A stretch of 32,000 nt of DNA, from positions 90,001 to 122,000 of the forward strand of contig NC_005072.1 in NCBI RefSeq assembly GCF_000011465.1, given 5' to 3'. The stretch comes from Prochlorococcus marinus subsp. pastoris str. CCMP1986. Lineage in GTDB: Bacteria > Cyanobacteriota > Cyanobacteriia > PCC-6307 > Cyanobiaceae. Below the pieces are notes generated by a model that saw only the letters and a program-made list of their open reading frames with translations, did no database searches and had not been told where the DNA came from. Of this stretch, positions 24,484 through 32,000 are shown in pieces; position 1 is the stretch's first letter; every line of letters begins with the position of its first letter. The translations under genes were made by a program, and so were the position numbers.

Positions 24484-24946
24484 TTAATTCATTTTTGTAA
24501 TTTTTTTCTACTAAATCTCGAAATCTATCAATATTTGCTTGTAATTCATTAGTTACCATTTTACCCAAAATTTTTTCTTCCATAAATCGAGCAATCATTC
24601 TAGGTAATTCATAGGTAACTGCTAAGTGTACCGATGTTAATTGGTCTCCTTTTGATTCAAAAATAACAGAACCCTGAGTTGGTAATCCTCCAATAGATTT
24701 CCATTTTAATTTATTTTTCTCAATCCTTTCTGTTATTTGTGCTTTCCATTTAAATTTGAATCCATTAGCAGCTAAAGTCCATTCAGTCAGATCAGGTAAA
24801 GTTGATGTCTCTTGATCAATTGTTTTTACCGATTCAATCCAGCTCATCCACAGAGACATGGAATCCAAATCACTCCAGGTGTTCCAAACGTTATCTAATG
24901 GCGCATTAACAATTGTAATTACGTCATGTTTAAGCCAAGTACCCAT
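24476..24946 (-). CDS. SRPBCC (START/polyketide-cyclase-dehydrase-like) ligand-binding protein
   Basis: The 156-aa protein has the typical opening (I.AP.D.VW..WSD...M..WM..I.SV) and a C-terminal amphipathic helix. It lies 2 nt downstream of zds on the same strand. Confidence 0.72.
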   Translation of the reverse strand: MGTWLKHDVITIVNAPLDNVWNTWSDLDSMSLWMSWIESVKTIDQETSTLPDLTEWTLAANGFKFKWKAQITERIEKNKLKWKSIGGLPTQGSVIFESKGDQLTSVHLAVTYELPRMIARFMEEKILGKMVTNELQANIDRFRDLVEKNYKNELTN

Positions 24947-24948
24947 AG

Positions 24949-26403
24949 TTAGCTGACCGCAAGATTCTTTGCTAATTCAGCTTTCTTATCTAAAATTGCT
25001 GCTGCTGCTAGATGACCGCTCATAGTAGCCCCCTCCATTGAATCTATATAGTCTTGTTTTGTATAACTACCTGCCATAAAGAAATTTGATATTGAAGTCT
25101 TTTGATCAGGTCTATATGGGTCCATACCTGGAGATTCTCTATAAAGTGATTGTGGAACTTGTACGACATTACTCCAAAGTAATTTTAGATTTTTCGAAGA
25201 AGGAAATAGACGACGCACTTCAGAATCAATTTCTTTAGTGATTCTCTCTGTTGATCTACCCATCCAACGATCTCCAGGAGTCAAAACACATTGAAGTAAA
25301 GATCCCATTCCTTCCTTTCTATAATCTACGGGACTTGCTAAAGCTAAATCTGCGAAACAACTGAAAGATGCATCTGCTGAATATAAAAGATTATCTAAAC
25401 CTGTAGGGTTTTGACTTTTGTTATCGTTATTTAATTCTGTAACCCATCCATCATATCTTAATTGAATTGTCGCTACTGCAACCGCTCTGAGTTTTTTTAA
25501 ACCCTCAAACTCCTTAAATTGATACCATTCTTTAGGAACTATCTTTTTAATTCCAGGAACATCACAAGCAGCGAGAAATGTATCAGCAAATATAACCTTT
25601 GGGCCTTCAGGAGTGGATATTTTAAGTTGAGTGACCGAGTAAGAGGAAGATTCTTTTTCAAAAATAATTTCGTCCACCTTATGATTTAAGTGGATTTTGC
25701 ATCCTTTTTTTGTTATGTAATCAACGATAGGTTTTGTAAGCCATTTATGAGGGGATCCTTTTAAAAGATTAAGTTTAGAGGCTTCAGTCTTAGATGCAAA
25801 CATCATAAAAATAGTTAACATGCATCTTGCCGATATATCTTGACAATTTATGAAACCTAATGCGTATGCAATTGGATCCCACATCCTTTCAAGACTTCTT
25901 AAGCTTCCGCCATGATTTAAAAACCATTCTTTAAAGCTTATTTTATCTAAGTCTCTTATTATCTTCATTGCACCCTCGTAATCTACTAATCCTCTAACTA
26001 TCGGACTGGTTCCTAAAGCTAATGCATTTCTTAACTTATCTACCCAAGTCAATTGTTCGGTAGTGAAAAAAGCCTTTAGACCGTTGAAAGGAGCTCCTAA
26101 GGCAAATCTAAAATCCAAAGATTTTAAATCACCACCTTTATTTACAAATAAATGAGTATGTTCTTTAGGAAGCAAATTATCTAATGCTCCAACTTTTTTC
26201 ATGAGTTTAAAAAGATTTGCATAGTTATAAAAAAATACATGTAATCCCATCTCTATGTGGTTACCATCTTTATCTTCCCAACTTCCAACTTTTCCGCCCC
26301 AGAATGATCTGCTTTCGTAAATTTCTACTTCATGACCTTCATCAACTAGGTTAACTGCCGCTGTTAAACCCGCTAATCCAGAACCTACTATTGCTATTTT
26401 CAC
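24949..26403 (-). CDS. zds: Zeta-carotene desaturase (plant/cyanobacterial type)
   Basis: N-terminal FAD/NAD fold [15 protein letters not shown]. The motifs [35 protein letters not shown] and C-terminal [18 protein letters not shown] are highly characteristic of ZDS (CrtQ-b). Confidence 0.93.
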   Translation of the reverse strand: MKIAIVGSGLAGLTAAVNLVDEGHEVEIYESRSFWGGKVGSWEDKDGNHIEMGLHVFFYNYANLFKLMKKVGALDNLLPKEHTHLFVNKGGDLKSLDFRFALGAPFNGLKAFFTTEQLTWVDKLRNALALGTSPIVRGLVDYEGAMKIIRDLDKISFKEWFLNHGGSLRSLERMWDPIAYALGFINCQDISARCMLTIFMMFASKTEASKLNLLKGSPHKWLTKPIVDYITKKGCKIHLNHKVDEIIFEKESSSYSVTQLKISTPEGPKVIFADTFLAACDVPGIKKIVPKEWYQFKEFEGLKKLRAVAVATIQLRYDGWVTELNNDNKSQNPTGLDNLLYSADASFSCFADLALASPVDYRKEGMGSLLQCVLTPGDRWMGRSTERITKEIDSEVRRLFPSSKNLKLLWSNVVQVPQSLYRESPGMDPYRPDQKTSISNFFMAGSYTKQDYIDSMEGATMSGHLAAAAILDKKAELAKNLAVS

Positions 26404-26502
26404 TTTTTTTATGAATTATAACAAATCAACTTTGTATATCGCTTGAAATATGCATGATGTATCTATATTTTTTATAGTGTAGTTATACGTTTATATGTAT
26501 TT

Positions 26503-26895
26503 ATGGAAAATGTAAAAATAGAAGAAAAAATAAAGACCTCAGATGACGGAAAGGGAATTTTAATAACCAATGATGCCATAGAGCAAATATCTTCTTTATT
26601 GAAGAATCAGACTGATAAGAAAGCTCTAAGAGTTGGGGTAAGATCTGGCGGATGCAGTGGTATGAGTTATACGATGGATTTTATTGGTGGAGATGAAATA
26701 AATGCAGATGATAAAGTATATGATTATTCATTAAGTTCCGAACAAACCTTCAAAGTAATATGCGACCCAAAAAGTCTTCTGTATATTTACGGCATGCAAC
26801 TAGATTTCAGTAAAGATTTAATTGGTGGAGGTTTTAATTTCGTTAATCCTAATGCTTCACAAACTTGTGGCTGCGGAAGCTCTTTTGCAGTTTAG
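26503..26895 (+). CDS. A-type iron-sulfur cluster carrier (IscA/SufA/HesB family)
   Basis: LRVGVRSGGCSGMSY together with the C-terminal NPNASQTCGCGSSF supplies the three conserved Cys of the HesB/IscA family. Confidence 0.88.
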   Translation: MENVKIEEKIKTSDDGKGILITNDAIEQISSLLKNQTDKKALRVGVRSGGCSGMSYTMDFIGGDEINADDKVYDYSLSSEQTFKVICDPKSLLYIYGMQLDFSKDLIGGGFNFVNPNASQTCGCGSSFAV

Positions 26896-26903
26896 AAATA
26901 AAT

Positions 26904-27332
26904 ATGACAGATGACATTAATCCAATTGAATCTGATTTCAATGCTGCCTTATCTAGATATCAAGATGGCCAAGAGTTAATCCCAATTGCACAAGATTTTC
27001 AAAAAATCATTCAACAAATACCCAACCACTTTGCTGCTTGGACTTGTTTATCTTGGCTGCAGCTTCTATTGAAAAATAACGAAGAAGCATTAGCAGCAGC
27101 TAGAGAGGCGGTTCGCTTAAATCAGCAAGACCCGCAAGCAAGAATGAATTTGTCCTTAGCTCTTTTGGCTACAAATAATAAAGGTGTTAGAGACCATGTT
27201 GAATTAATTAAAAAAATGGCAATGATGATGCCTGATGTAAAGACAGAGTTAAAAGAGTCAGTTGAAGACGGATTTAATAGATATCCAAACTGGCCAGAAT
27301 TAACCAAAATCAATAAATGGTTAGAATTTTAA
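26904..27332 (+). CDS. TPR-repeat-like protein (142 aa)
   Basis: Helical-repeat pattern with the small/large residue spacing of TPRs (AAWTCLSWLQLLLKNNEEALAAAREAVRLNQQDPQARMNLSLALL). ATG 26904 is preferred over the upstream TTG/CTG-type start at 26865, which would overlap the previous gene by 31 nt. Confidence 0.62.
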   Translation: MTDDINPIESDFNAALSRYQDGQELIPIAQDFQKIIQQIPNHFAAWTCLSWLQLLLKNNEEALAAAREAVRLNQQDPQARMNLSLALLATNNKGVRDHVELIKKMAMMMPDVKTELKESVEDGFNRYPNWPELTKINKWLEF

Positions 27333-27333
27333 A

Positions 27334-28533
27334 TTGTCCAGAATTTTACTATTAAGTAATGGACATGGAGAAGATTTATCTGGTAGTTTATTAGCCAAAT
27401 ATTTTGTAAAGAAAGGTGATCTTGTTGATGCACTACCTATTGTGGGTGATGGTGAAAATTATAAAAAAGAAAATATAAGAATAATTGGTAAAACCAAAAA
27501 ATTTAGAACTGGTGGTATTGGTTATAATTCTTTTAGTGGAAGAATATTCGAAATATTTGGAGGACAAATAATTTACTTTTTTAAAAAATTATATTTGTCT
27601 TATAAATTAAAAAATAAATATGATTTCTATTTAGTAATTGGAGATATAGTTCCTGTTTTTTTTGCATGGTTTGCAAAAAAAGATTTTTTTACATATTTAG
27701 TAGCGTACTCTAGTCACTATGAGGGAAAATTGAAATTACCTTGGCCCTGTAAATTTTTTTTAATCTCAAAATATGCAAAAAAAATATATGCTAGGGATTT
27801 TCTAACAGCAGATGATTTATCTCAACAATTAAGAAAAAAAGTATCTTTTTTAGGTAATCCATTTATGGATAAGTTTTCTTTTTTTGAAAATAAACCGAAA
27901 ATCGTCCCTTTTAATATTGGTTTATTTCCTGGAAGCAGATTTCCTGAACTTTTAGATAATTTGAAATTGATTTTAGAAGTTTTAGAGACAATGTCTAAGT
28001 TGCAATATTTTGAGAATATTGCATTCAAGTTTGCCATAGTAAAAGCTCTTTCTATGGAAGAAATTAGGCAGATACTAAATCAACGAAAATGGATTTACAT
28101 AGAAAAAAAAGGAAAAAATGATGGTCTAGAATTTACATTTGGATTCATTACGATTAATTTGAACTGGAATTTGTTTGAAGAAATATTATTTGAAAGTAAT
28201 TTCGTAATAAGTATGGCTGGAACTGCATCAGAGCAGGCAATCGGTTTAGCAAAGCCAGTTATTCAAATTGAAGGTAACGGTCCACAATTTACAAAATCTT
28301 TTGCAGAAGCTCAAAGAAGATTACTTGGTAGATATGTTTTTTGTTCTACCAATTATATTAATAAGAAAGATCAAATAAATCAGACAATAAATCTAATCCT
28401 TAAAGTTATTTATCTGATAAAGCTAGACAAAAAGTTTTTGGTTTCTTGTCTTGATAATGCAAATCTAAGAATCGGAGAGAGTAATTCATGCCTTAAGATA
28501 ATTAATGATATAAAAGGGTTTCATGAAAAATGA
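27334..28533 (+). CDS. Lipid-A-disaccharide-synthase-related glycosyltransferase-like protein (cyanobacterial LpxB-like family, function unknown)
   Basis: TTG start 1 nt after the upstream stop. The N-terminus ILLLSNGHGEDL is the signature I associate with this family. A GT-B-like C-terminal half contains MAGTASEQAIGLAKPVI. Confidence 0.62.
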   Translation: MSRILLLSNGHGEDLSGSLLAKYFVKKGDLVDALPIVGDGENYKKENIRIIGKTKKFRTGGIGYNSFSGRIFEIFGGQIIYFFKKLYLSYKLKNKYDFYLVIGDIVPVFFAWFAKKDFFTYLVAYSSHYEGKLKLPWPCKFFLISKYAKKIYARDFLTADDLSQQLRKKVSFLGNPFMDKFSFFENKPKIVPFNIGLFPGSRFPELLDNLKLILEVLETMSKLQYFENIAFKFAIVKALSMEEIRQILNQRKWIYIEKKGKNDGLEFTFGFITINLNWNLFEEILFESNFVISMAGTASEQAIGLAKPVIQIEGNGPQFTKSFAEAQRRLLGRYVFCSTNYINKKDQINQTINLILKVIYLIKLDKKFLVSCLDNANLRIGESNSCLKIINDIKGFHEK

Positions 28534-28799
28534 CTAAGCAGAAATCAGAATCAAAGTTGAGAGTGATTATTGATAATTTTTTATTGATAAATTTATTCGT
28601 TGTTATTTTTTTTGCAATATTTTTTATTTTTGCAGTAATTATGCAAATTAATGGAGTATTTATTTTCCTTAATATTTTTCAGAATCTTTGGAATCCACTC
28701 ATCACACCTTTAATCACTATTTTAATTGTAAGTGCGGTAGTTAATGGCATTAATTCTTGGTGGAGGCGTAAATGGCTTTCTCAAGAAGAGGATATTTAA
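28530..28799 (+). CDS. Hypothetical two/three-pass membrane protein (89 aa)
   Basis: ATGA start/stop overlap with the upstream gene. TM helices are convincing (LLINLFVVIFFAIFFIFAVIM and LITPLITILIVSAVVNGI). The last 50 nt overlap the convergent epimerase-family gene. Confidence 0.45.
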   Translation: MTKQKSESKLRVIIDNFLLINLFVVIFFAIFFIFAVIMQINGVFIFLNIFQNLWNPLITPLITILIVSAVVNGINSWWRRKWLSQEEDI

Positions 28800-29682
28800 A
28801 TTTATATACTTTTTCTTGTAATTTAATACTGATCACTTTTTGGCCATCTAGTACTAATTTTGCTCCATCACCTAATAATAATTTCAGTATTGATCCTGGC
28901 ACTGGAAGTAGATCTGGTCTTTTGAGGCATCTACCTAAAGTTTTGGAGAAATACTTCATTAATACTGGCTCCGGTGCAACAGCGTTATATACCCCGGAAA
29001 ATTGTTTATCTACTAGTGCTTTAATTATTAATCCACATAAATCACTTCTATGAATCCAACTCATCCATTGATTCCCATCTCCGATTGGACCTCCCAGTCC
29101 AATTTTAAATACTGGAAGCATTTTTCCTAGTGCACCTCCTTCTGCTTCTAAGACTATTCCGATTCTGAAAATTACTAATCTTGAGAAAAATGGTTTTCCG
29201 TTCGCAACTTCCTCCCATTTATTGCAAAGGTTGGCTAAAAAATCTTTACCACTCTGACTATTTTCATTGAACTCTTGAGTTAAGCTTGTCCCATAAAAAC
29301 CTATTGCCGAACCATTTACTATGACTTTTGGATTGATTCTCGATTTTTTCAGGGTTTCCATCAAAAACTTAGTTGTATTAATCCTGCTTTTTTTTATCTC
29401 TTCTTTTTGAATATCAGTCCATTTTTTATCTGCTATTGGTTCACCTATTAAATTAATTATCCCATCAGAATCTTTTAAATTACTTAATAGATTTTCATTG
29501 CTCCAATTTTGTTTTTTTGAAAGATCTATTTTAAGAAATTTAAATTTATCTAGCGGAATATTTATCTTCAAATTATTAATATTTTTTCTACTGATAATGC
29601 AAAGTTCGTGGCCTTCTTTGAGTAAAGCTGGGACTAACTCTTTCCCCACAAAACCCGTACATCCAAGGAGTAGCAGACGCAT
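28750..29682 (-). CDS. NAD-dependent epimerase/dehydratase-family protein of the YfcH type (SDR N-domain plus DUF1731-like C-terminus)
   Basis: The N-terminal motif LLLGCTGFVGKEL (glycine-rich Rossmann), GSAIGFYG, the WIHRSD motif and the C-terminal YKFKYP.LE.A are typical of this family. Confidence 0.8.
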   Translation of the reverse strand: MRLLLLGCTGFVGKELVPALLKEGHELCIISRKNINNLKINIPLDKFKFLKIDLSKKQNWSNENLLSNLKDSDGIINLIGEPIADKKWTDIQKEEIKKSRINTTKFLMETLKKSRINPKVIVNGSAIGFYGTSLTQEFNENSQSGKDFLANLCNKWEEVANGKPFFSRLVIFRIGIVLEAEGGALGKMLPVFKIGLGGPIGDGNQWMSWIHRSDLCGLIIKALVDKQFSGVYNAVAPEPVLMKYFSKTLGRCLKRPDLLPVPGSILKLLLGDGAKLVLDGQKVISIKLQEKVYKFKYPLLEKAIYASTKN

Positions 29683-29825
29683 ATTTTTAATTATGTAATA
29701 AATCTAGACTATTTAAATTTTGTATCAATTGTAATTATTATGGTGTAATCAATTTAAAAAAAATTAATGAAAAAAGTTTTTTGTATAATAAATTTTGAAA
29801 TCTAAATAAATTAATAAATCTCATC

Positions 29826-30068
29826 ATGACTGAGTCGATACCCAAGAAGCCTCTTAAGAAAGGAAGCTTAGTCTTTATAGATAAAAGTATTTATGATGGA
29901 AGTGTCGAAGCATTAGCTAGTGATCAAGATTTACCTAGTTATATATTTGAAGGCCCTGGGGAAATTCTAAGTATTAAAGAAGAATATGCTCAAGTAAGGT
30001 GGCGTCGTCCAGTACCAGATGTTTGGTTTAAATTAGACCAAATTAAAGAATATATAGTTTCAGAATAG
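29826..30068 (+). CDS. ndhO: NAD(P)H-quinone oxidoreductase (NDH-1) subunit O
   Basis: LKKGSLV, YIFEGPGEILSIKEEYAQVRWRRPVPDVWFKLDQ is the hallmark NdhO core. The 80-aa size fits. Confidence 0.87.
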   Translation: MTESIPKKPLKKGSLVFIDKSIYDGSVEALASDQDLPSYIFEGPGEILSIKEEYAQVRWRRPVPDVWFKLDQIKEYIVSE

Positions 30069-30072
30069 TTAT

Positions 30073-30750
30073 TCAGGAAATTATAGATTTTTTATCATAA
30101 GCCATTTTTGATTGGATTCTTTTTGCTTCTTTCATCATTTCTTTTCCATCAAATAAATAATCATCTACATATCCTTGTGTGTACTTATCAAGTTCTGATA
30201 AAGCATCTTTAACTTGAGAAAAACAATGATAAAGATCTAAACCTAAAGAGGATATTGGATTGGGCACAGATATTGACTTATAAAGCTTATCAACTTTTTC
30301 AATTTTTCTTTGGGAAACAGTGATGTAACTGCAAAAATTATCCATCAATTCATCATCATATGGATCAGCAGATAGTTCCTTAATTTCTTGACTCAGAGGT
30401 TTGATTATTTGGGTAATAAATCTATTGGTAGGATTATAAATATTTTTAATCCAATTTTTAACTTCATTATCTTTTATTGTAGAACTATATTTTGTTGTAT
30501 TAACTTTCTCTTCCCAATTTTCATTTCTGAAATTAGATGATTGTTTTAATGAAAATAGGGTTTTATCATATTGTTCTTTTTTAAAAGGATCATTAAGAGT
30601 CTCCCATGCATTTTGTATTGCAAGAAACCTATCTTTTTCACCTCCTGCATCGGGGTGATGTTGTTTAACTAAGCGACGATAAGAAGATTTAATTTCACCT
30701 TGAGTTGCATTTTCCTTTACCTCTAATTCTTTATAAAGATTTTTGATCAT
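30073..30750 (-). CDS. J-domain (DnaJ-like) protein with uncharacterised C-terminal domain
   Basis: The N-terminal J domain (YKELEVKENATQGEIKSSYRRLVKQHHPDAGG) contains the HPD motif. It has no Gly/Phe region and no zinc finger, so it is not a type I DnaJ. Confidence 0.8.
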   Translation of the reverse strand: MIKNLYKELEVKENATQGEIKSSYRRLVKQHHPDAGGEKDRFLAIQNAWETLNDPFKKEQYDKTLFSLKQSSNFRNENWEEKVNTTKYSSTIKDNEVKNWIKNIYNPTNRFITQIIKPLSQEIKELSADPYDDELMDNFCSYITVSQRKIEKVDKLYKSISVPNPISSLGLDLYHCFSQVKDALSELDKYTQGYVDDYLFDGKEMMKEAKRIQSKMAYDKKSIIS

Positions 30751-30766
30751 ATCTAAATATCCTTGC

Positions 30767-31735
30767 CTATAGATAACCGTCTTTTCTAGCTTTTATTGCA
30801 GTGTTTGATTCAAACATTGCTGTAGATAAGTATCTTTCACCAAAACTCGGAAGAATCACTATTAATCTTTGATTAATAAGCTCTTTCCTTTGACCTATTT
30901 TGATTGTTGCTGCCAAAGCAGCTCCGCTACTAATTCCTGATAAAAGACCCTCTAATCGAGCTAATAACCTCCCATAATAAAATGCTTCTTCATCATCTAT
31001 CTTAAAAATTTCATCTATTAAATGAGTGTCAAGTACCTTAGGAACGAAGCCTGCACCAATCCCCTGGATAGAATGAGAACCAGCTTTTTCTCCTGAAATT
31101 ACAGCGCTTTTTGCGGGCTCTACTGCATATATTTTGCAATTTGGATTAACTTTTTTTAGAAATCGAGAACATCCAGTTATGGTTCCTCCAGTACCAACTC
31201 CAGAAACTAATCCATCAATAGTTTGATTAGATTGATCCCAAATTTCTTTAGCTGTGGTCCTTTCATGAATTTCTGGATTTGCAAGATTTTCAAACTGGTT
31301 AAACTGAAAGCTATTTGGAATACTTGAAGATAATTCACTTGCTAAATCTAGAGCACCGTTCATTCCTTCTTTGCCAGGAGTGAGTTGTAATTCTGCCCCA
31401 TATGCTCTTAGCATTGCCCTTCTCTCAATACTCATAGTATCTGGCATAGTTAATATCAATCTATAACCTTTAGCTGCTGCAACCATTGCTAAAGCAATTC
31501 CAGTATTTCCACTTGTTGCCTCAATTAATGTTGTTTTCCCAGGTAAAATTAAACCATCTTTTTCGGCTGAATTTAACATCGAATAAGCAATACGATCTTT
31601 GACAGATGCTGATGGATTAAAACTTTCAAGTTTCGCTATTATTTCTGGATGACAATTACAGTATTTTTTTATGCGATCTAATTTTACTAATGGTGTTTTG
31701 CCAACTAAAGAAGTAATATCACCTGCTATTTCCAT
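30767..31735 (-). CDS. cysK: Cysteine synthase A (O-acetylserine sulfhydrylase)
   Basis: PLP-lysine motif NPSASVKDR, substrate loop TSGNTGIALA and glycine loop GVGTGGTITG. The 322-aa size fits. Confidence 0.9.
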   Translation of the reverse strand: MEIAGDITSLVGKTPLVKLDRIKKYCNCHPEIIAKLESFNPSASVKDRIAYSMLNSAEKDGLILPGKTTLIEATSGNTGIALAMVAAAKGYRLILTMPDTMSIERRAMLRAYGAELQLTPGKEGMNGALDLASELSSSIPNSFQFNQFENLANPEIHERTTAKEIWDQSNQTIDGLVSGVGTGGTITGCSRFLKKVNPNCKIYAVEPAKSAVISGEKAGSHSIQGIGAGFVPKVLDTHLIDEIFKIDDEEAFYYGRLLARLEGLLSGISSGAALAATIKIGQRKELINQRLIVILPSFGERYLSTAMFESNTAIKARKDGYL

Positions 31736-31891
31736 GGAAAAATTTTTACAAAATTAAATTTGTTCATTATTATTTTAAATGTATTTATACGTCTTTTATA
31801 AAAAAATTTTAAATTGAACTTAATTTCAAAACAACTTCTTAGAAAAGATTGTTCTATAGTTTGTTTATAATATAAAATTTACAATTCTTTT

Positions 31892-32000
31892 ATGTATTCT
31901 CTTGAAATAAGTCTAAGATATTCCCCCTTTCCCCTTTCAATTCAGAAGAAAGAGTATGAGGATATTAAAAGAATCTATGATGAAATCAAAGATTCTATGA
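31892..32000 (+). CDS. Hypothetical protein, 5' fragment (runs off window end)
   Basis: ATG at 31892 opens a frame (MYSLEISLRYSPFPLSIQKKEYEDIKRIYDEIKDSM...) that stays open to base 32000. A TATAAT hexamer lies at 31866-31871. The fragment is too short to classify. Confidence 0.35.
   Translation, partial: MYSLEISLRYSPFPLSIQKKEYEDIKRIYDEIKDSM

Noticed and set aside
3676-29698. Other short antisense ORFs in the track: 3676-3858, 5423-5623, 6867-7136, 8754-9092, 12613-12843, 20843-21148, 22565-22864, 27122-27313, 27822-28037, 28772-29053, 29498-29698
   Set aside because: Each is nested antisense within a longer gene that carries clear family signatures. None shows a recognisable domain, a convincing TM/signal architecture or independent flanking signals. 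They could only be rescued by expression or conservation data.
1-32000. Search of the whole window for CRISPR repeats, tRNA/rRNA genes, IS elements, integrases, phage or defence-system genes, and for GC-shifted islands
   Set aside because: I found none. All intergenic gaps are at most about 190 nt and uniformly AT-rich, with no spaced direct-repeat array and no GC-rich structured-RNA-like segment. Every large ORF has a housekeeping or conserved cyanobacterial identity.

Overview
The window is AT-rich (roughly 30% GC by eye) and very gene-dense: about 90% coding, with many 1-14 nt overlaps between genes. Gene content (hli, ndhO, zds/crtQ, a VKOR-thioredoxin fusion, ktrBA, a Ycf33-like gene, a PetL-like peptide, nadB, rimO, aroK, rbfA, hemD, cysK) and codon bias fit the core chromosome of a high-light-adapted Prochlorococcus-type marine picocyanobacterium. 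I call 44 protein-coding genes. Three lie below the ORF-track size cutoff: a 48-aa high-light-inducible protein, a 47-aa twin-Cx3C microprotein and a 30-aa PetL-like peptide. I also revise four start codons. I see no rRNA, tRNA, CRISPR array, transposase, integrase, phage gene or recognisable defence gene, so this looks like ordinary core genome rather than an accessory island. No finding reaches the level of a demonstrated new system. The best candidates are as follows. (1) A tightly packed minus-strand cluster (17552-20754) combines a tandem-duplicated 6-pyruvoyl-tetrahydropterin synthase, a RibD_C-type reductase, a FemAB-like/DUF482 transferase and a DUF4346 protein, which reads as an uncharacterised pterin-modification pathway. 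(2) A small-ORF islet (1965-3144) holds an orphan ribbon-helix-helix regulator with a palindrome-rich divergent promoter and a Nif11-like leader peptide that ends right after its GG motif with no cargo. (3) Several cases of unusual gene packing occur, including head-to-head overlapping start codons and a 50-nt convergent overlap. All family assignments come from motif recognition by eye and need HMM or BLAST confirmation.
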